A DNA stretch of 64,000 nucleotides from NCBI GenBank assembly GCA_903900335.1, contig CAIUMP010000024.1, forward strand, positions 22,774-86,773. The letters run 5' to 3'. The notes beneath the pieces were generated by a model, which was given only the letters and a program-made list of their open reading frames with translations, was not told the origin of the DNA and did not search any database. Shown piece after piece: positions 38,717 through 47,540 of the stretch. The stretch comes from an uncultured Ignavibacteriota bacterium (GTDB lineage: Bacteria > Bacteroidota > Ignavibacteria > Palsa-1295). Position 1 is the first letter of the stretch, and each line of letters opens with the position of its first letter. Both the position numbers and the translations under genes were made by a program.

Positions 38717-40396
38717 ATGATCGACGCAGGAATAACCAACATCACACCGGAGCCAATCGAGGCGATTCTTGAGGACAAGCGAACGTATTACGTCCCATAT
38801 TTTCAACGAGAGTACTCGTGGAAGCTCGATGACTGGAGAGCATTGTTAGAAGATGTGGAGCAAATCCGCACAACCGGCGAGCCGCACTTCTTCGGCTTTA
38901 TGACTTTTCGACCAGACGGGGAAAGCAAAGTCCAGATTATCGAGGGGCAGCAACGACTCTCGACCATCACGATTCTACTTGCAGTAATTCGTGACATATT
39001 GAATAGCATTGGTGATCCAGATTGGGGAGAGTTGGACCGGTACATTAACAAACGACCTGGATTCAAAACGGGAGAGCCCGCTCAACCCAAGTTGAGATTA
39101 TCCGCACTAAACACCGACTTTTTCGCACGTTTCGTGCAAACGGTCGCCGCCCCAGAAGAAAAGATCAAGGCAAATCGAAAGCAGAAGTTAAGCCTTTCGG
39201 ATCAGCTTCTTCTAGGAGCCTATAAATACTACTATGAAACACTTAAGGCACAGCTGGACACTTTAACAGGCCATGTTAGAAATGAGTATCTCTCGTCCCT
39301 GATTAAGAGCTGTACCGAGAAGCTGATAGTTATCACGATGAATGTCACCGATGAACTAGCGGCCTACAATGTGTTTCAAACAATCAATGGTCGCGGGCTC
39401 GATCTGACCCTTACGGACTTATTAAAAATTCACCTCTTTGAAAAGTCTGGTAAATCCAACACCGAGCGGGCCGTCGAGCTTTGGGAGGATATGAGAGAGA
39501 CTCTCAGTGGAATCAATACAAACTCTTTCCTGCGGCATCTTTGGCTCTCAACCCGCGGACTGATTCAGGAACAGAAGCTCTTGGGAGAGGTGAAAGGCTC
39601 GATCAAGACTAGCGCCCAAGCTTTAACCTTCCTTGAGGAGCTCAAAGTTGAAGCGGAAGTTTACGAGGCGTTACTCAATCCGACTTCGGAATACTGGGCT
39701 GACGACCAAATACCAGTTCTCCTTGGCGAATTGCAAATACTGTCGACGCAACAACCTCTGCCGCTGCTCCTTGCTGGTGCGCGCAAGTTTCAGTCCTCTG
39801 AATTTAAGAAGCTTCTTAGGATTTGCATTGCATTTGTTTTTAGGTATCAGACAATCGGCGAACTAGAAAACAAGGAGATGGAAAGAGCCTTTAGTAATAT
39901 CGCACTTGAGATTAGGAAGGGCTCACTTGAAAATACTAAAGGGATTGCACAGAGGCTAGCGCCTCTTTATCCCGCCGACAGTGTATTCCTCGCAAATCTG
40001 AAGGAGAAAACGGTTAAGTCGCGGCAGGTGGCAAAGTACATCCTGCGGTCCATCGAGAACAGCTTGAGCGGTGAACAGGAAAAGACTGCTACCACAATGA
40101 CGCTCGAACACATTCTCCCAATAAGCCCCGATGAAGAGTGGAAGAAGTACCTTGCGCAAAACAAGCTTCAGAGGGATGAGCTTGTCTATCGGCTCGGCAA
40201 TTATACCTTGCTGACGCGAAAAGTAAATAAATCGGCACAAAATCGTTTCTTTGAACACAAGCGCGATGAATGGTACAAACAGTCGGATTTAGCTATTAAC
40301 AGTGACCTTAAGAAGATGAAGTCTTGGACCGACAGCGATATTTCAAATCGCCAGAATTGGCTTGCGGAGAAAGCCATTAAGCTGTGGAAGATTTGA
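38717..40396 (+). CDS. DUF262/DUF1524 nuclease (GmrSD-type type IV restriction enzyme / SspE-like)
   Basis: DUF262 motifs YFQREYSWK and IIEGQQRLSTI. C-terminal DUF1524/His-Me-like motifs TLEHILP and LGNYTLLTRKVNKSAQN. ATG at 38717; the ORF track begins at 38687, inside the terminator. Confidence 0.85.
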   Translation: MIDAGITNITPEPIEAILEDKRTYYVPYFQREYSWKLDDWRALLEDVEQIRTTGEPHFFGFMTFRPDGESKVQIIEGQQRLSTITILLAVIRDILNSIGDPDWGELDRYINKRPGFKTGEPAQPKLRLSALNTDFFARFVQTVAAPEEKIKANRKQKLSLSDQLLLGAYKYYYETLKAQLDTLTGHVRNEYLSSLIKSCTEKLIVITMNVTDELAAYNVFQTINGRGLDLTLTDLLKIHLFEKSGKSNTERAVELWEDMRETLSGINTNSFLRHLWLSTRGLIQEQKLLGEVKGSIKTSAQALTFLEELKVEAEVYEALLNPTSEYWADDQIPVLLGELQILSTQQPLPLLLAGARKFQSSEFKKLLRICIAFVFRYQTIGELENKEMERAFSNIALEIRKGSLENTKGIAQRLAPLYPADSVFLANLKEKTVKSRQVAKYILRSIENSLSGEQEKTATTMTLEHILPISPDEEWKKYLAQNKLQRDELVYRLGNYTLLTRKVNKSAQNRFFEHKRDEWYKQSDLAINSDLKKMKSWTDSDISNRQNWLAEKAIKLWKI

Positions 40397-40445
40397 GCAG
40401 CACGGCTCGCGTCGTCGCGCCAATGTATATTCTGTCGTGACCAAA

Positions 40446-40590
40446 GACCGCCACTTTTGTTTCCCCAGACTCCCTGCTTCAGCGTACATTCCCGCCGCGC
40501 GGCAGTCTCTCTCACTCTCTCTCCAGCGGCGGCGGAGAGAGCGTGTGTGGGGGTGCGACCGCCGTGCGTCATGCCGTAGGGTTCTCGGGT
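40446..40590 (+). repeat. ~145-nt dispersed repeat, copy A1
   Basis: Alignable along its length with 41711-41858. The shared core is gcgtacattcccgccgcgcggcagtctctctc...gagagcgtgtgtg.gggtgcgaccgccgtgcgtcatgccgta.ggttct.gggt. It contains an internal hairpin: ctctctcc/ggagagag (40517-40541). Confidence 0.85.
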
Positions 40591-40640
40591 CGGCGTACAT
40601 TCCCCGCCGCGCGGCACGACGGAACGGTGCAGCTAATCTG

Positions 40641-41261
40641 TTAGGGCTGTAGCTTCCATCCCTCTTTCTTGTAAATTTTTTGCAGTTGGCGATCTACCCG
40701 TTTGTCATGGATGTGGTCATCATAGACGGTATAACCACAGTCAACGGCGGTGAAATTGGGTTTGATCTTGTAGAACTTCATATAGTCTGTACCAGACATG
40801 ACATAGGAACCAATGATGTTATTCACCGAGTCGTATGACGGTGCCCCGCTGGCGCTTTTGATCTCCTCGAAGCCGCGGACTCGGTGTACCGAATGCGATG
40901 CTGTATCGACAATGTATAGATAAAATTGATGGTTGCTCCGCACATCTGACAGATGGAAGAGCACGAGATCCCGAATGCCGTCGCCGCTATAATCAATGCT
41001 CTGGACAAGATCGCCGCCATCGGGCCCAGTTACCGAAAGAGAGTCGTGATACATCAATCGCTTGCCTTTGAAGAGCATGAACGCAGCATTCTTGCGGTCG
41101 TCATCGTCATATTGACCGTCCTCGTTATCGATGACGAAGCGTGCAACGTAGTTCGTATCCGTGAAGAGATGAATGGTTGTATCGAAGTAGGGTCGCTTCT
41201 GAGCGTGGGAAGATGTAACATAGAAGACACACATGAATATCGCGAAAAGAAATCGGCACAT
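40641..41261 (-). CDS. Secreted hypothetical protein
   Basis: Signal peptide MCRFLFAIFMCVFYVTSSHAQ; 206 aa; DYSGDGIRDLV resembles an FG-GAP/VCBS-type Ca-binding loop. Confidence 0.55.
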   Translation of the reverse strand: MCRFLFAIFMCVFYVTSSHAQKRPYFDTTIHLFTDTNYVARFVIDNEDGQYDDDDRKNAAFMLFKGKRLMYHDSLSVTGPDGGDLVQSIDYSGDGIRDLVLFHLSDVRSNHQFYLYIVDTASHSVHRVRGFEEIKSASGAPSYDSVNNIIGSYVMSGTDYMKFYKIKPNFTAVDCGYTVYDDHIHDKRVDRQLQKIYKKEGWKLQP

Positions 41262-41330
41262 AAATCGGCTCCTGACTTTTTTGTGGATTAGAAAGGAAAC
41301 ATTTTCATCTCTTTATGAATCCCTCTGAAT

Positions 41331-41420
41331 GTCCGCCGTGCGTCATGCCGTAGGGTTCTTGGGTTGGCGGACATGTCGGGCGGGGACGCCCGACCCATTC
41401 GGCAAGCTCAGGGCAGGCTC
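41331..41420 (+). repeat. Composite small repeats: a short A-family copy (41331-41372) plus a 'ggcaagctcagggcaggctc' element (41375-41420)
   Basis: gtccgccgtgcgtcatgccgtagggttcttgggttggcggac shares its core with A1/A2. The following gtcgggcggggacgcccgacccattcggcaagctcagggcaggctc is nearly identical to 51973-52017. Confidence 0.8.
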
Positions 41421-41432
41421 TACGCGAACGCC

Positions 41433-41681
41433 TTACTTCCTCAACATCTTCTCGGTCGCATCGTCATGGTACGTCTTCGGTCCATCCGAGCTAAACTGCC
41501 ATTCACTTCGCACCTCATCGAATCGGAGTGGCAGCACCTCGAACTCGTGCTTTGCGAGCAGCGTATTTGCGCGGTGCCGGAAGAGCTTGTGCGTCATCCG
41601 CTTGTCCCACTTGTCGGAATCTCTCCTGCGCTTAGCTACCGCGAAGTATGGCCTTCTCTTTATCGATCTGCTCATGCACAA
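41433..41681 (-). CDS. Hypothetical basic small protein (coding status doubtful)
   Basis: 82-aa Arg/Lys-rich ORF between repeat elements, with no motif I recognise. Confidence 0.25.
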   Translation of the reverse strand: MCMSRSIKRRPYFAVAKRRRDSDKWDKRMTHKLFRHRANTLLAKHEFEVLPLRFDEVRSEWQFSSDGPKTYHDDATEKMLRK

Positions 41682-41710
41682 TTAACAGAGCGACATTGTG
41701 CGTGGTTCTT

Positions 41711-41858
41711 GTCCGCCACTCCTGTTTCCCCGCCACCATGCTCCAGCGTACATTCCCGCCGCGCGGCAGTCTCTCTCTCACTCTCTCGCCAGCGGTGGTG
41801 GATAGAGAGCGTGTGTGTGGGTGCGACCGCCGTGCGTCATGCCGTAAGGTTCTAGGGT
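41711..41858 (+). repeat. ~145-nt dispersed repeat, copy A2
   Basis: Direct-orientation homolog of 40446-40590, with scattered mismatches and small indels. Confidence 0.85.
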
Positions 41859-41874
41859 GAGCGGACAATGTGTT

Positions 41875-41973
41875 GAACGCGTAGGTCGGTGCCTCCGGCC
41901 CGACTTCCCCGGGATTGCAACACGATTGTGGTTGCCCCACCAAGTCGGGCCGGAGGCACCGACCTACGCGTTC
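41875..41973. repeat. Perfect 32-bp inverted repeat with a 35-nt loop (99-nt hairpin element)
   Basis: gaacgcgtaggtcggtgcctccggcccgactt (41875-41906) is the exact reverse complement of aagtcgggccggaggcaccgacctacgcgttc (41942-41973). The loop contains a smaller gcaac/gttgc hairpin. Confidence 0.9.
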
Positions 41974-42009
41974 AGGGAATCGCTTTAATCCGCCGTTGTT
42001 TCCATTTGC

Positions 42010-42762
42010 ATGACACACCCTGAAACACTCCTACTCAAAAAAGGCGGCGTACTACAGACCAAACGCTACAGCCGCGGTGCGTGGCGCACAAAGGACCTTA
42101 CCAAGGTTGCATTTCGCTGTCTTTATGAGGAGTGCTCACTCGCCGAGGACGTAACGTTGCGCGATGTCTTCCTCTTGCTCAACAAGAACCTGAAGATGTT
42201 CGACCTGATCCTCGGATGTTGGTGCAAGGAGGTCGTGACCGCAGGTCTGAGCAAGCGACATAAACGAAACCTCAAAACGGACGACATTGATTATCTCGAA
42301 CTCTACTACCACATCGTTCGCGATGAGTATCCTAAGGATGACAAGCGGACGTATGGTCTTCGCTTCCCGGAATTTCATGGAGTTGGCAAGTTGAAGAAGG
42401 ATAGCGAGGACGGCCACGGCAAGAAGGGCGAGACTATCCAGTGGGGCGTGTCTCTTTCCGAGCCATGGAAGCTTGCACCGCTTCCGCTCAAGCTGAATAA
42501 CGAAGGAAAGGTCTTTCTCGAAAAGCGAAAGTCATCGGAGGTTATTACCACGCTCCCGAATCCTGTCTATACGCTCGGCAATATCCTTCAAGGGATTATG
42601 TGGGAGTTATCCTGGCATGGCTCGCCAGAGCAGGTGCAGAAGTTCGCGGCTGAACTCCATCGCAGGGTTGAAGAAGTAGAGAGCGGCAAAGCAAAGCTCG
42701 TACAGTTCGATCCGAAGAAGTTGTTGAAGGAGGTTAAAGCCAGCAAGGGAAAGAAGAAATAG
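42010..42762 (+). CDS. Hypothetical protein, Lys-rich C-terminus
   Basis: 250-aa ORF beginning 37 nt after the hairpin element. No recognisable domain. Confidence 0.55.
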   Translation: MTHPETLLLKKGGVLQTKRYSRGAWRTKDLTKVAFRCLYEECSLAEDVTLRDVFLLLNKNLKMFDLILGCWCKEVVTAGLSKRHKRNLKTDDIDYLELYYHIVRDEYPKDDKRTYGLRFPEFHGVGKLKKDSEDGHGKKGETIQWGVSLSEPWKLAPLPLKLNNEGKVFLEKRKSSEVITTLPNPVYTLGNILQGIMWELSWHGSPEQVQKFAAELHRRVEEVESGKAKLVQFDPKKLLKEVKASKGKKK

Positions 42763-42790
42763 ATACCGGCCCGCAGGGTGTCCTGCGTGT

Positions 42791-43000
42791 TCACTCCAGA
42801 TTATTCAAGTCTGCCCTCAGCTCCTGCATCGTCTTCAGGCCAAAGTATTTTCGTGGATTGCCGCACATCCAGCAGGAGCAGGACGCAAGGTGATCGGCGT
42901 ACTTCTCCGGGTTCTCGCACCACGGAAAAAACCTACGAGCGCGCTCCTTTTGCCTGCGCAAATCTGCCCGCCGTTTCGCTCTGATCGTGGACTTCAGCAT
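42791..43000 (-). CDS. Small basic Cys-motif protein (phage-like), function unknown
   Basis: 69 aa; the SCSCWMCGNPRKYFG motif resembles small phage/prophage proteins I have seen, but I cannot name a family. Confidence 0.45.
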   Translation of the reverse strand: MLKSTIRAKRRADLRRQKERARRFFPWCENPEKYADHLASCSCWMCGNPRKYFGLKTMQELRADLNNLE

Positions 43001-43109
43001 ACGATAACAACTCGCACTGGTACGTTTTGTTACACCAATTCATTGCGGCAATGGATTACATAAGATTCCTGGACTTCGCCGCTCTCGTTCTGTGTTTACA
43101 ATAACAGCT

Positions 43110-43595
43110 ATGAACCTCTTCCTCCCGTACCCCACCGATCTCTCCGCCACTGCCCGCTTCTTAGATGATGGACGGCTGAATAAGCAGGTCGTCGAGGCGT
43201 ATCAGGTTGGGCGTGTCGTGCTCCGACGGATGCTGGAGCCGGATGCGAAGATCGGGTGGAAGAATCATCCGTCTTCGCTGCTCATCTATAATGAGGGGCG
43301 TCCAAAGTTTCCGTGGCTGCAAACGTATATCGAGACGCTGGATGAGGAGTGGCGGTTTCGGGGTTTCAATCGGTCGGCGGACTTCACGTCGAAGATAGAA
43401 GCCCTGTTTGTGGAGGCGGACGGACTGCGAGAGTTGCATTCAGATGAGCCGGTCTGCGCGTTTCTTGGCAATGGCGAGCTTGTTCAAGGAGATTCTGCAC
43501 TGATTGGGAAGCTATACCGTGAATATTTGAACAATAAGTTTGAGTCCCAAGTGAGGCCACCTCGATGGACGGGCCGGGATCGTCCGGTTGTGTGA
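43110..43595 (+). CDS. Hypothetical protein; weak resemblance to pyrimidine-dimer DNA glycosylase-like family N-termini
   Basis: MNLFLPYPTDLSATARFLDDGRLNKQVVEAYQV. The resemblance is weak and motif-level only. The ORF track begins at 43092 (GTG). Confidence 0.5.
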   Translation: MNLFLPYPTDLSATARFLDDGRLNKQVVEAYQVGRVVLRRMLEPDAKIGWKNHPSSLLIYNEGRPKFPWLQTYIETLDEEWRFRGFNRSADFTSKIEALFVEADGLRELHSDEPVCAFLGNGELVQGDSALIGKLYREYLNNKFESQVRPPRWTGRDRPVV

Positions 43596-43680
43596 TCGCA
43601 GTAGCTTTCTCTTGCGATGTGAGTTGGCATGATAAAGGAAGCAACTCGTCGGCATAGGATCACACTAATCATTTAACACT

Positions 43681-43833
43681 ATGCCGACCGAGAAGACCAT
43701 TACGAGAGAAGTCACGACCGAAACGCAGGCACCCGTCAGCGAGACGAAGACGACAACGGTGACCCGCACGGAGACCAAGCCAGAGCCAAAGCCCCGCATT
43801 ATCGAAGAAACGATCGTAGTAGAAGAAGGCTGA
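43681..43833 (+). CDS. Possible 50-aa Thr/Glu/Lys-rich micro-protein
   Basis: Not in the ORF track (<60 aa). Reads MPTEKTITREVTTETQAPVSETKTTTVTRTETKPEPKPRIIEETIVVEEG. Its TGA directly abuts the GTG start of the next gene. Confidence 0.25.
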   Translation: MPTEKTITREVTTETQAPVSETKTTTVTRTETKPEPKPRIIEETIVVEEG

Positions 43834-46461
43834 GTGCATATTTCGACTCGCCGGAAGTTTCTTGTTGGCTTTACCACGCTTTTCCTCATACTCGCACTCG
43901 CGGTGTGGGGTTTCTTTGTATTCTATTTCGATAGCGTATTTAGTACTGTTGCCAGCGAGAAGCTAAGCTCCGCCGTAAACATTGCCACTTCCGGCAGGTA
44001 TCAACTTGCACTCCGTCGGATTTCGTATTCGCACGGGGTGGTCGTCGCACGGGGAGTTGAGCTGACCCGCATTGGTTACCATGTGGATGAGCGCGGAGTC
44101 GCTGTGCGCAACGTTTCGATAGACTCGGTACGGCTGGAAGGTGTGGACTTGTGGGATGTTGCGCTAGGTCACCCGCTTAGCTTTTCTAAATTGCTCGTCA
44201 ACGATCCGAAGGTCTATTCCTTTCGGATCGAAGAGGAGCGTTCGCACTTGACACTCTTGCCCAACGGCACGACGCCCGCACACGCCTCAAGCACACCCAG
44301 CATCTCGATCGAGAGCGCTATCGTTTCTAATGCTCAACTGTTTCGCACTTCAGTACACGGAGACATGCTTTCAGGCGTGGCCTCTGCGTCATCTCGACAC
44401 GTTTGCCTTGATGGGAAAGCGCCATCTCCTTTTACATTCAAACAACTCACACTTGCGATACCGCAGCTCGATTTGCCAGACTCGGGCGAATTGACTGCGC
44501 TGCATGTTAGAAACCTGGTAGCCAATTCCGAAGACTCCATTCTTACGATTGATACTATTAGCTACGCACCAACCATGAGGGAGGGCGCATACACCAATGC
44601 GCGCGCTGTGGGCTTGCGGAGCGAAGGCATTGATTTCGCGCTGCTGATGCGTGGCAAGGGAATAGCGGTTCGGACGCTTGCGGCTCGTTCTTGGAACTTG
44701 GAGCAGCAGTCGGGCAAGACATCATCGAAGGATACGAGCACAAAGCATACCTTCACCCAGGATGATCTTGCTAAGCTCATTCCGATCTCAATATCGGTTG
44801 GTAGGCTCGATTTGCCAAATGGTGATCTGTCTCTAATAGCAGAGAAGGGCTCTCCGGTGCTCGTAAGGGACATCGGGTTGCATATTGAAGATATTCATAT
44901 TGCTCCCAATCTCCCGTCGAGCGACCCGCTATTCTCTAAACAGATTACCATTGCCATTCCGCAACTCCGTTATCCAACGGATGGAGCGACTGCTGATGTC
45001 ACCGGTTTTCATATCAACGTGCGCGATAGTCTTGTCACCGTCCGCACGATACGCTACCCGAAGGATGGTACGACGTACGGTATCAAGGCTCTACGCGCCG
45101 AAGGAATTGATTTTAACAGGCTGCTCAACGGCAAGGGCATTGCTCTTGCGGTATTGAAATCAGGATCATGGTCGATCGAGAAGCGGACGGATGAGGGCCA
45201 CGCGAAGCGCGTTGCTGCGAAAAAGACCTTGACCCACAGTTCAAGCACCCAAGCTGTTTCGATACCAATTCAGGTCGGGCGAATCGAATTGCCGCACGGG
45301 ACCATTAAGCTAGAAACAATTGCGGCGGATAGCGCCCGTACCGCATCCGTACTTTCGATCAAGGGAGTGAGTGTGGGTGCTTGGCAATTCAATCTTGATC
45401 CCACGTCGCTCAAACATCAACCCCCACTCTTTTCGCAGCAGGTGAAGTTGAAGGTGCCGAGCGTGAGCATAGTTGATAGCGATGGCTTTTACGCTGTGCA
45501 GATGCGTAACATGCAAGTGAATCTTCGCGATTCGCTCGTGACGATCGACAGCGTGGGATATCTTCCGCAATTCTCTGACAGTGAGTACACTGCTCGTCAC
45601 CCACATCCCTTGGGGAGCACGGCGGTGCAAAGTATTGGGCTACGAGCGGAGGGGATAGACTTCGCCGGGATATTCGCTGGTCACGGCATCAAGGTTCGGC
45701 GCGTGTCGTCACCAGATTGGTGGGTAAGCTATTTCATGGATTGGCGCAGACCAGCGGACAACAACCTGCTGGATGTTCCCTTGCCGCACGATATGGTGCG
45801 CACGATACGATACCCGATCACCATCAACCAGTTCGCTTTGGAGAACGGCCATGTTCTCTTCCGTGAACGCGCAGTAAATAGTGTGAAACCGGGAGTTCTC
45901 ACCTTCTCGAATGTGAAGATTATATCCACTCCGTTCACTACGGATACAACGAACGGACTGTACCATGCGCCCATGCGCTTTAATCTCCACGCCCTGTCTA
46001 TCGACGAAGCAACTCTTGCCGCGACCGCAAGCTATGCGCTCACGGATACCGGCTTTGATCTTTCGCTCGACGGTGCGGTGGGTCCCTTCTCGGCAAAGCG
46101 ACTGAATACGTGGCTCATCTCCAACGAGCGTCTAGAAGCGTTAGACGGCGCACTCGATACGGGGATCATTAAGATAAGAATTCAGTCCAGCGTTGCAACG
46201 ACCACGGTTACTCCCTTCTATCACGATCTTTCTCTGGAAGTGCTTGCCCCGCTATACACGGATTCCACCGGAATTGTGCAGGATGTTCAAACACTGTTTG
46301 CGAAGTCTTTTGTAATTCGGAGCAACAATCGTGAGACGAATGGCGAAGCGGTGAAATCAGCAACCACCACACTCACTCGGAGCAAGGATGAGTACCTGTT
46401 CCAATTTATCTGGCTTAGTCTGAGAAAATCTATTGGTGGCGTGATCGGTGGATTTGAATAG
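43834..46461 (+). CDS. Membrane-anchored large protein with three internal repeats (AsmA/DUF748-like architecture)
   Basis: N-terminal TM helix FLVGFTTLFLILALAVWGFFVF. Three repeats of ..(I/V)AIPQL..P..G......N.RDSLVT(I/V)..I.Y.P.....G(L/I)RAEGIDF..L..GKGIA... Confidence 0.7.
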   Translation: MHISTRRKFLVGFTTLFLILALAVWGFFVFYFDSVFSTVASEKLSSAVNIATSGRYQLALRRISYSHGVVVARGVELTRIGYHVDERGVAVRNVSIDSVRLEGVDLWDVALGHPLSFSKLLVNDPKVYSFRIEEERSHLTLLPNGTTPAHASSTPSISIESAIVSNAQLFRTSVHGDMLSGVASASSRHVCLDGKAPSPFTFKQLTLAIPQLDLPDSGELTALHVRNLVANSEDSILTIDTISYAPTMREGAYTNARAVGLRSEGIDFALLMRGKGIAVRTLAARSWNLEQQSGKTSSKDTSTKHTFTQDDLAKLIPISISVGRLDLPNGDLSLIAEKGSPVLVRDIGLHIEDIHIAPNLPSSDPLFSKQITIAIPQLRYPTDGATADVTGFHINVRDSLVTVRTIRYPKDGTTYGIKALRAEGIDFNRLLNGKGIALAVLKSGSWSIEKRTDEGHAKRVAAKKTLTHSSSTQAVSIPIQVGRIELPHGTIKLETIAADSARTASVLSIKGVSVGAWQFNLDPTSLKHQPPLFSQQVKLKVPSVSIVDSDGFYAVQMRNMQVNLRDSLVTIDSVGYLPQFSDSEYTARHPHPLGSTAVQSIGLRAEGIDFAGIFAGHGIKVRRVSSPDWWVSYFMDWRRPADNNLLDVPLPHDMVRTIRYPITINQFALENGHVLFRERAVNSVKPGVLTFSNVKIISTPFTTDTTNGLYHAPMRFNLHALSIDEATLAATASYALTDTGFDLSLDGAVGPFSAKRLNTWLISNERLEALDGALDTGIIKIRIQSSVATTTVTPFYHDLSLEVLAPLYTDSTGIVQDVQTLFAKSFVIRSNNRETNGEAVKSATTTLTRSKDEYLFQFIWLSLRKSIGGVIGGFE

Positions 46462-46697
46462 GTGCCACGTCTCAGCGACCGTGCTCTCGCTTCCTCCTCT
46501 TTCTTTGGCTCTCCGACTGTGTGCACTTTCGCACGGTTATTACGTTCTGTTCCGATGGGAACAAGACGAAGCTCGCAATGCGTAGTAGTTTCCCAAGCTC
46601 AGCGGAACTGGATCATGTCGTTTAGGACTCTCACGCGACCGCAGGCGAAAATCGGACGCCAACAAGTCTTGACGATCAGTTAACAAATAGATAACAA

Positions 46698-47498
46698 GTG
46701 GCACTCATTGTAAAGGATCAGGGACACCTATCGGTTCGAAAGGTCGCAGAGGTAACGGTCGCCTTTTGGGTGATGAAGATCTGCGCGACAACACTGGGCG
46801 AAACCGCCGGCGATCTGCTCTCAATGACGATGAACGTCGGATACGGAACAAGCTCGCTCATTTTGATCGGGCTGTTTTTCGTTACGGTTATCTGGCAGGT
46901 GCTGTCGAAGCGGTATCATCCGGTGCTCTACTGGCTGGTCATCTTATCGACGAGCACTGCGGGGACGACGATGTCCGATTACATGGACAGAACGCTTGGA
47001 TTGGGATATACAACTGGGTCAGTCCTACTCGTCACGTTGCTCATGGTGATTCTCGCATTGTGGCGTTGGAGTGTTGGCTCACTCTCCGTGGAGAACATCT
47101 CGAAGCCACGAACGGAAATATTCTACTGGACGGCGATCCTCTTCTCGAACACATTAGGCACTGCACTCGGCGATTTCCTTGCAGATAGCTCCGGACTTGG
47201 ATTCTTTGGCGGTGCAATCCTTATTGGCTCCGTCCTCGCGCTTGTAGTAGCAGCGCACTACTGGACGAAGATCTCATCTATTCTCTTATTCTGGATCGCG
47301 TTCATTCTCACCCGTCCCTTCGGGGCAACGTTTGGTGATCTATTGACGAAATCCACGGCGAAGGGCGGATTGGATTTTGGGACGATCGGTTCGTCGGCGA
47401 TCCTCGCGGGGATTCTTGCCATACTCATTACGGTTGCACTCGTCAAGGAGCGACGCGAGTGGAAGGCATTATCCGATGCTACCGTTGCCAAACTTTAG
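46698..47498 (+). CDS. Polytopic membrane protein (COG4705-like)
   Basis: Eight or so hydrophobic segments and a repeated GET.GD / LGTALGD motif. Confidence 0.7.
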   Translation: MALIVKDQGHLSVRKVAEVTVAFWVMKICATTLGETAGDLLSMTMNVGYGTSSLILIGLFFVTVIWQVLSKRYHPVLYWLVILSTSTAGTTMSDYMDRTLGLGYTTGSVLLVTLLMVILALWRWSVGSLSVENISKPRTEIFYWTAILFSNTLGTALGDFLADSSGLGFFGGAILIGSVLALVVAAHYWTKISSILLFWIAFILTRPFGATFGDLLTKSTAKGGLDFGTIGSSAILAGILAILITVALVKERREWKALSDATVAKL

Positions 47499-47540
47499 TA
47501 ATCTCACTCAGACCGGATTACATCGATTCACAGATCATTT

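Noticed and set aside
41329-41855. Considered the ORFs 41329..41685(+), 41364..41855(+), 51664..51930(-), 51971..52213(+) and 52092..52397(+) as genes
   Set aside because: They are read across dispersed repeat/REP elements and the tRNA fragment, giving translations such as ...GKLRAGS... and ...NPGLRCASPWAA.... They are not credible genes.
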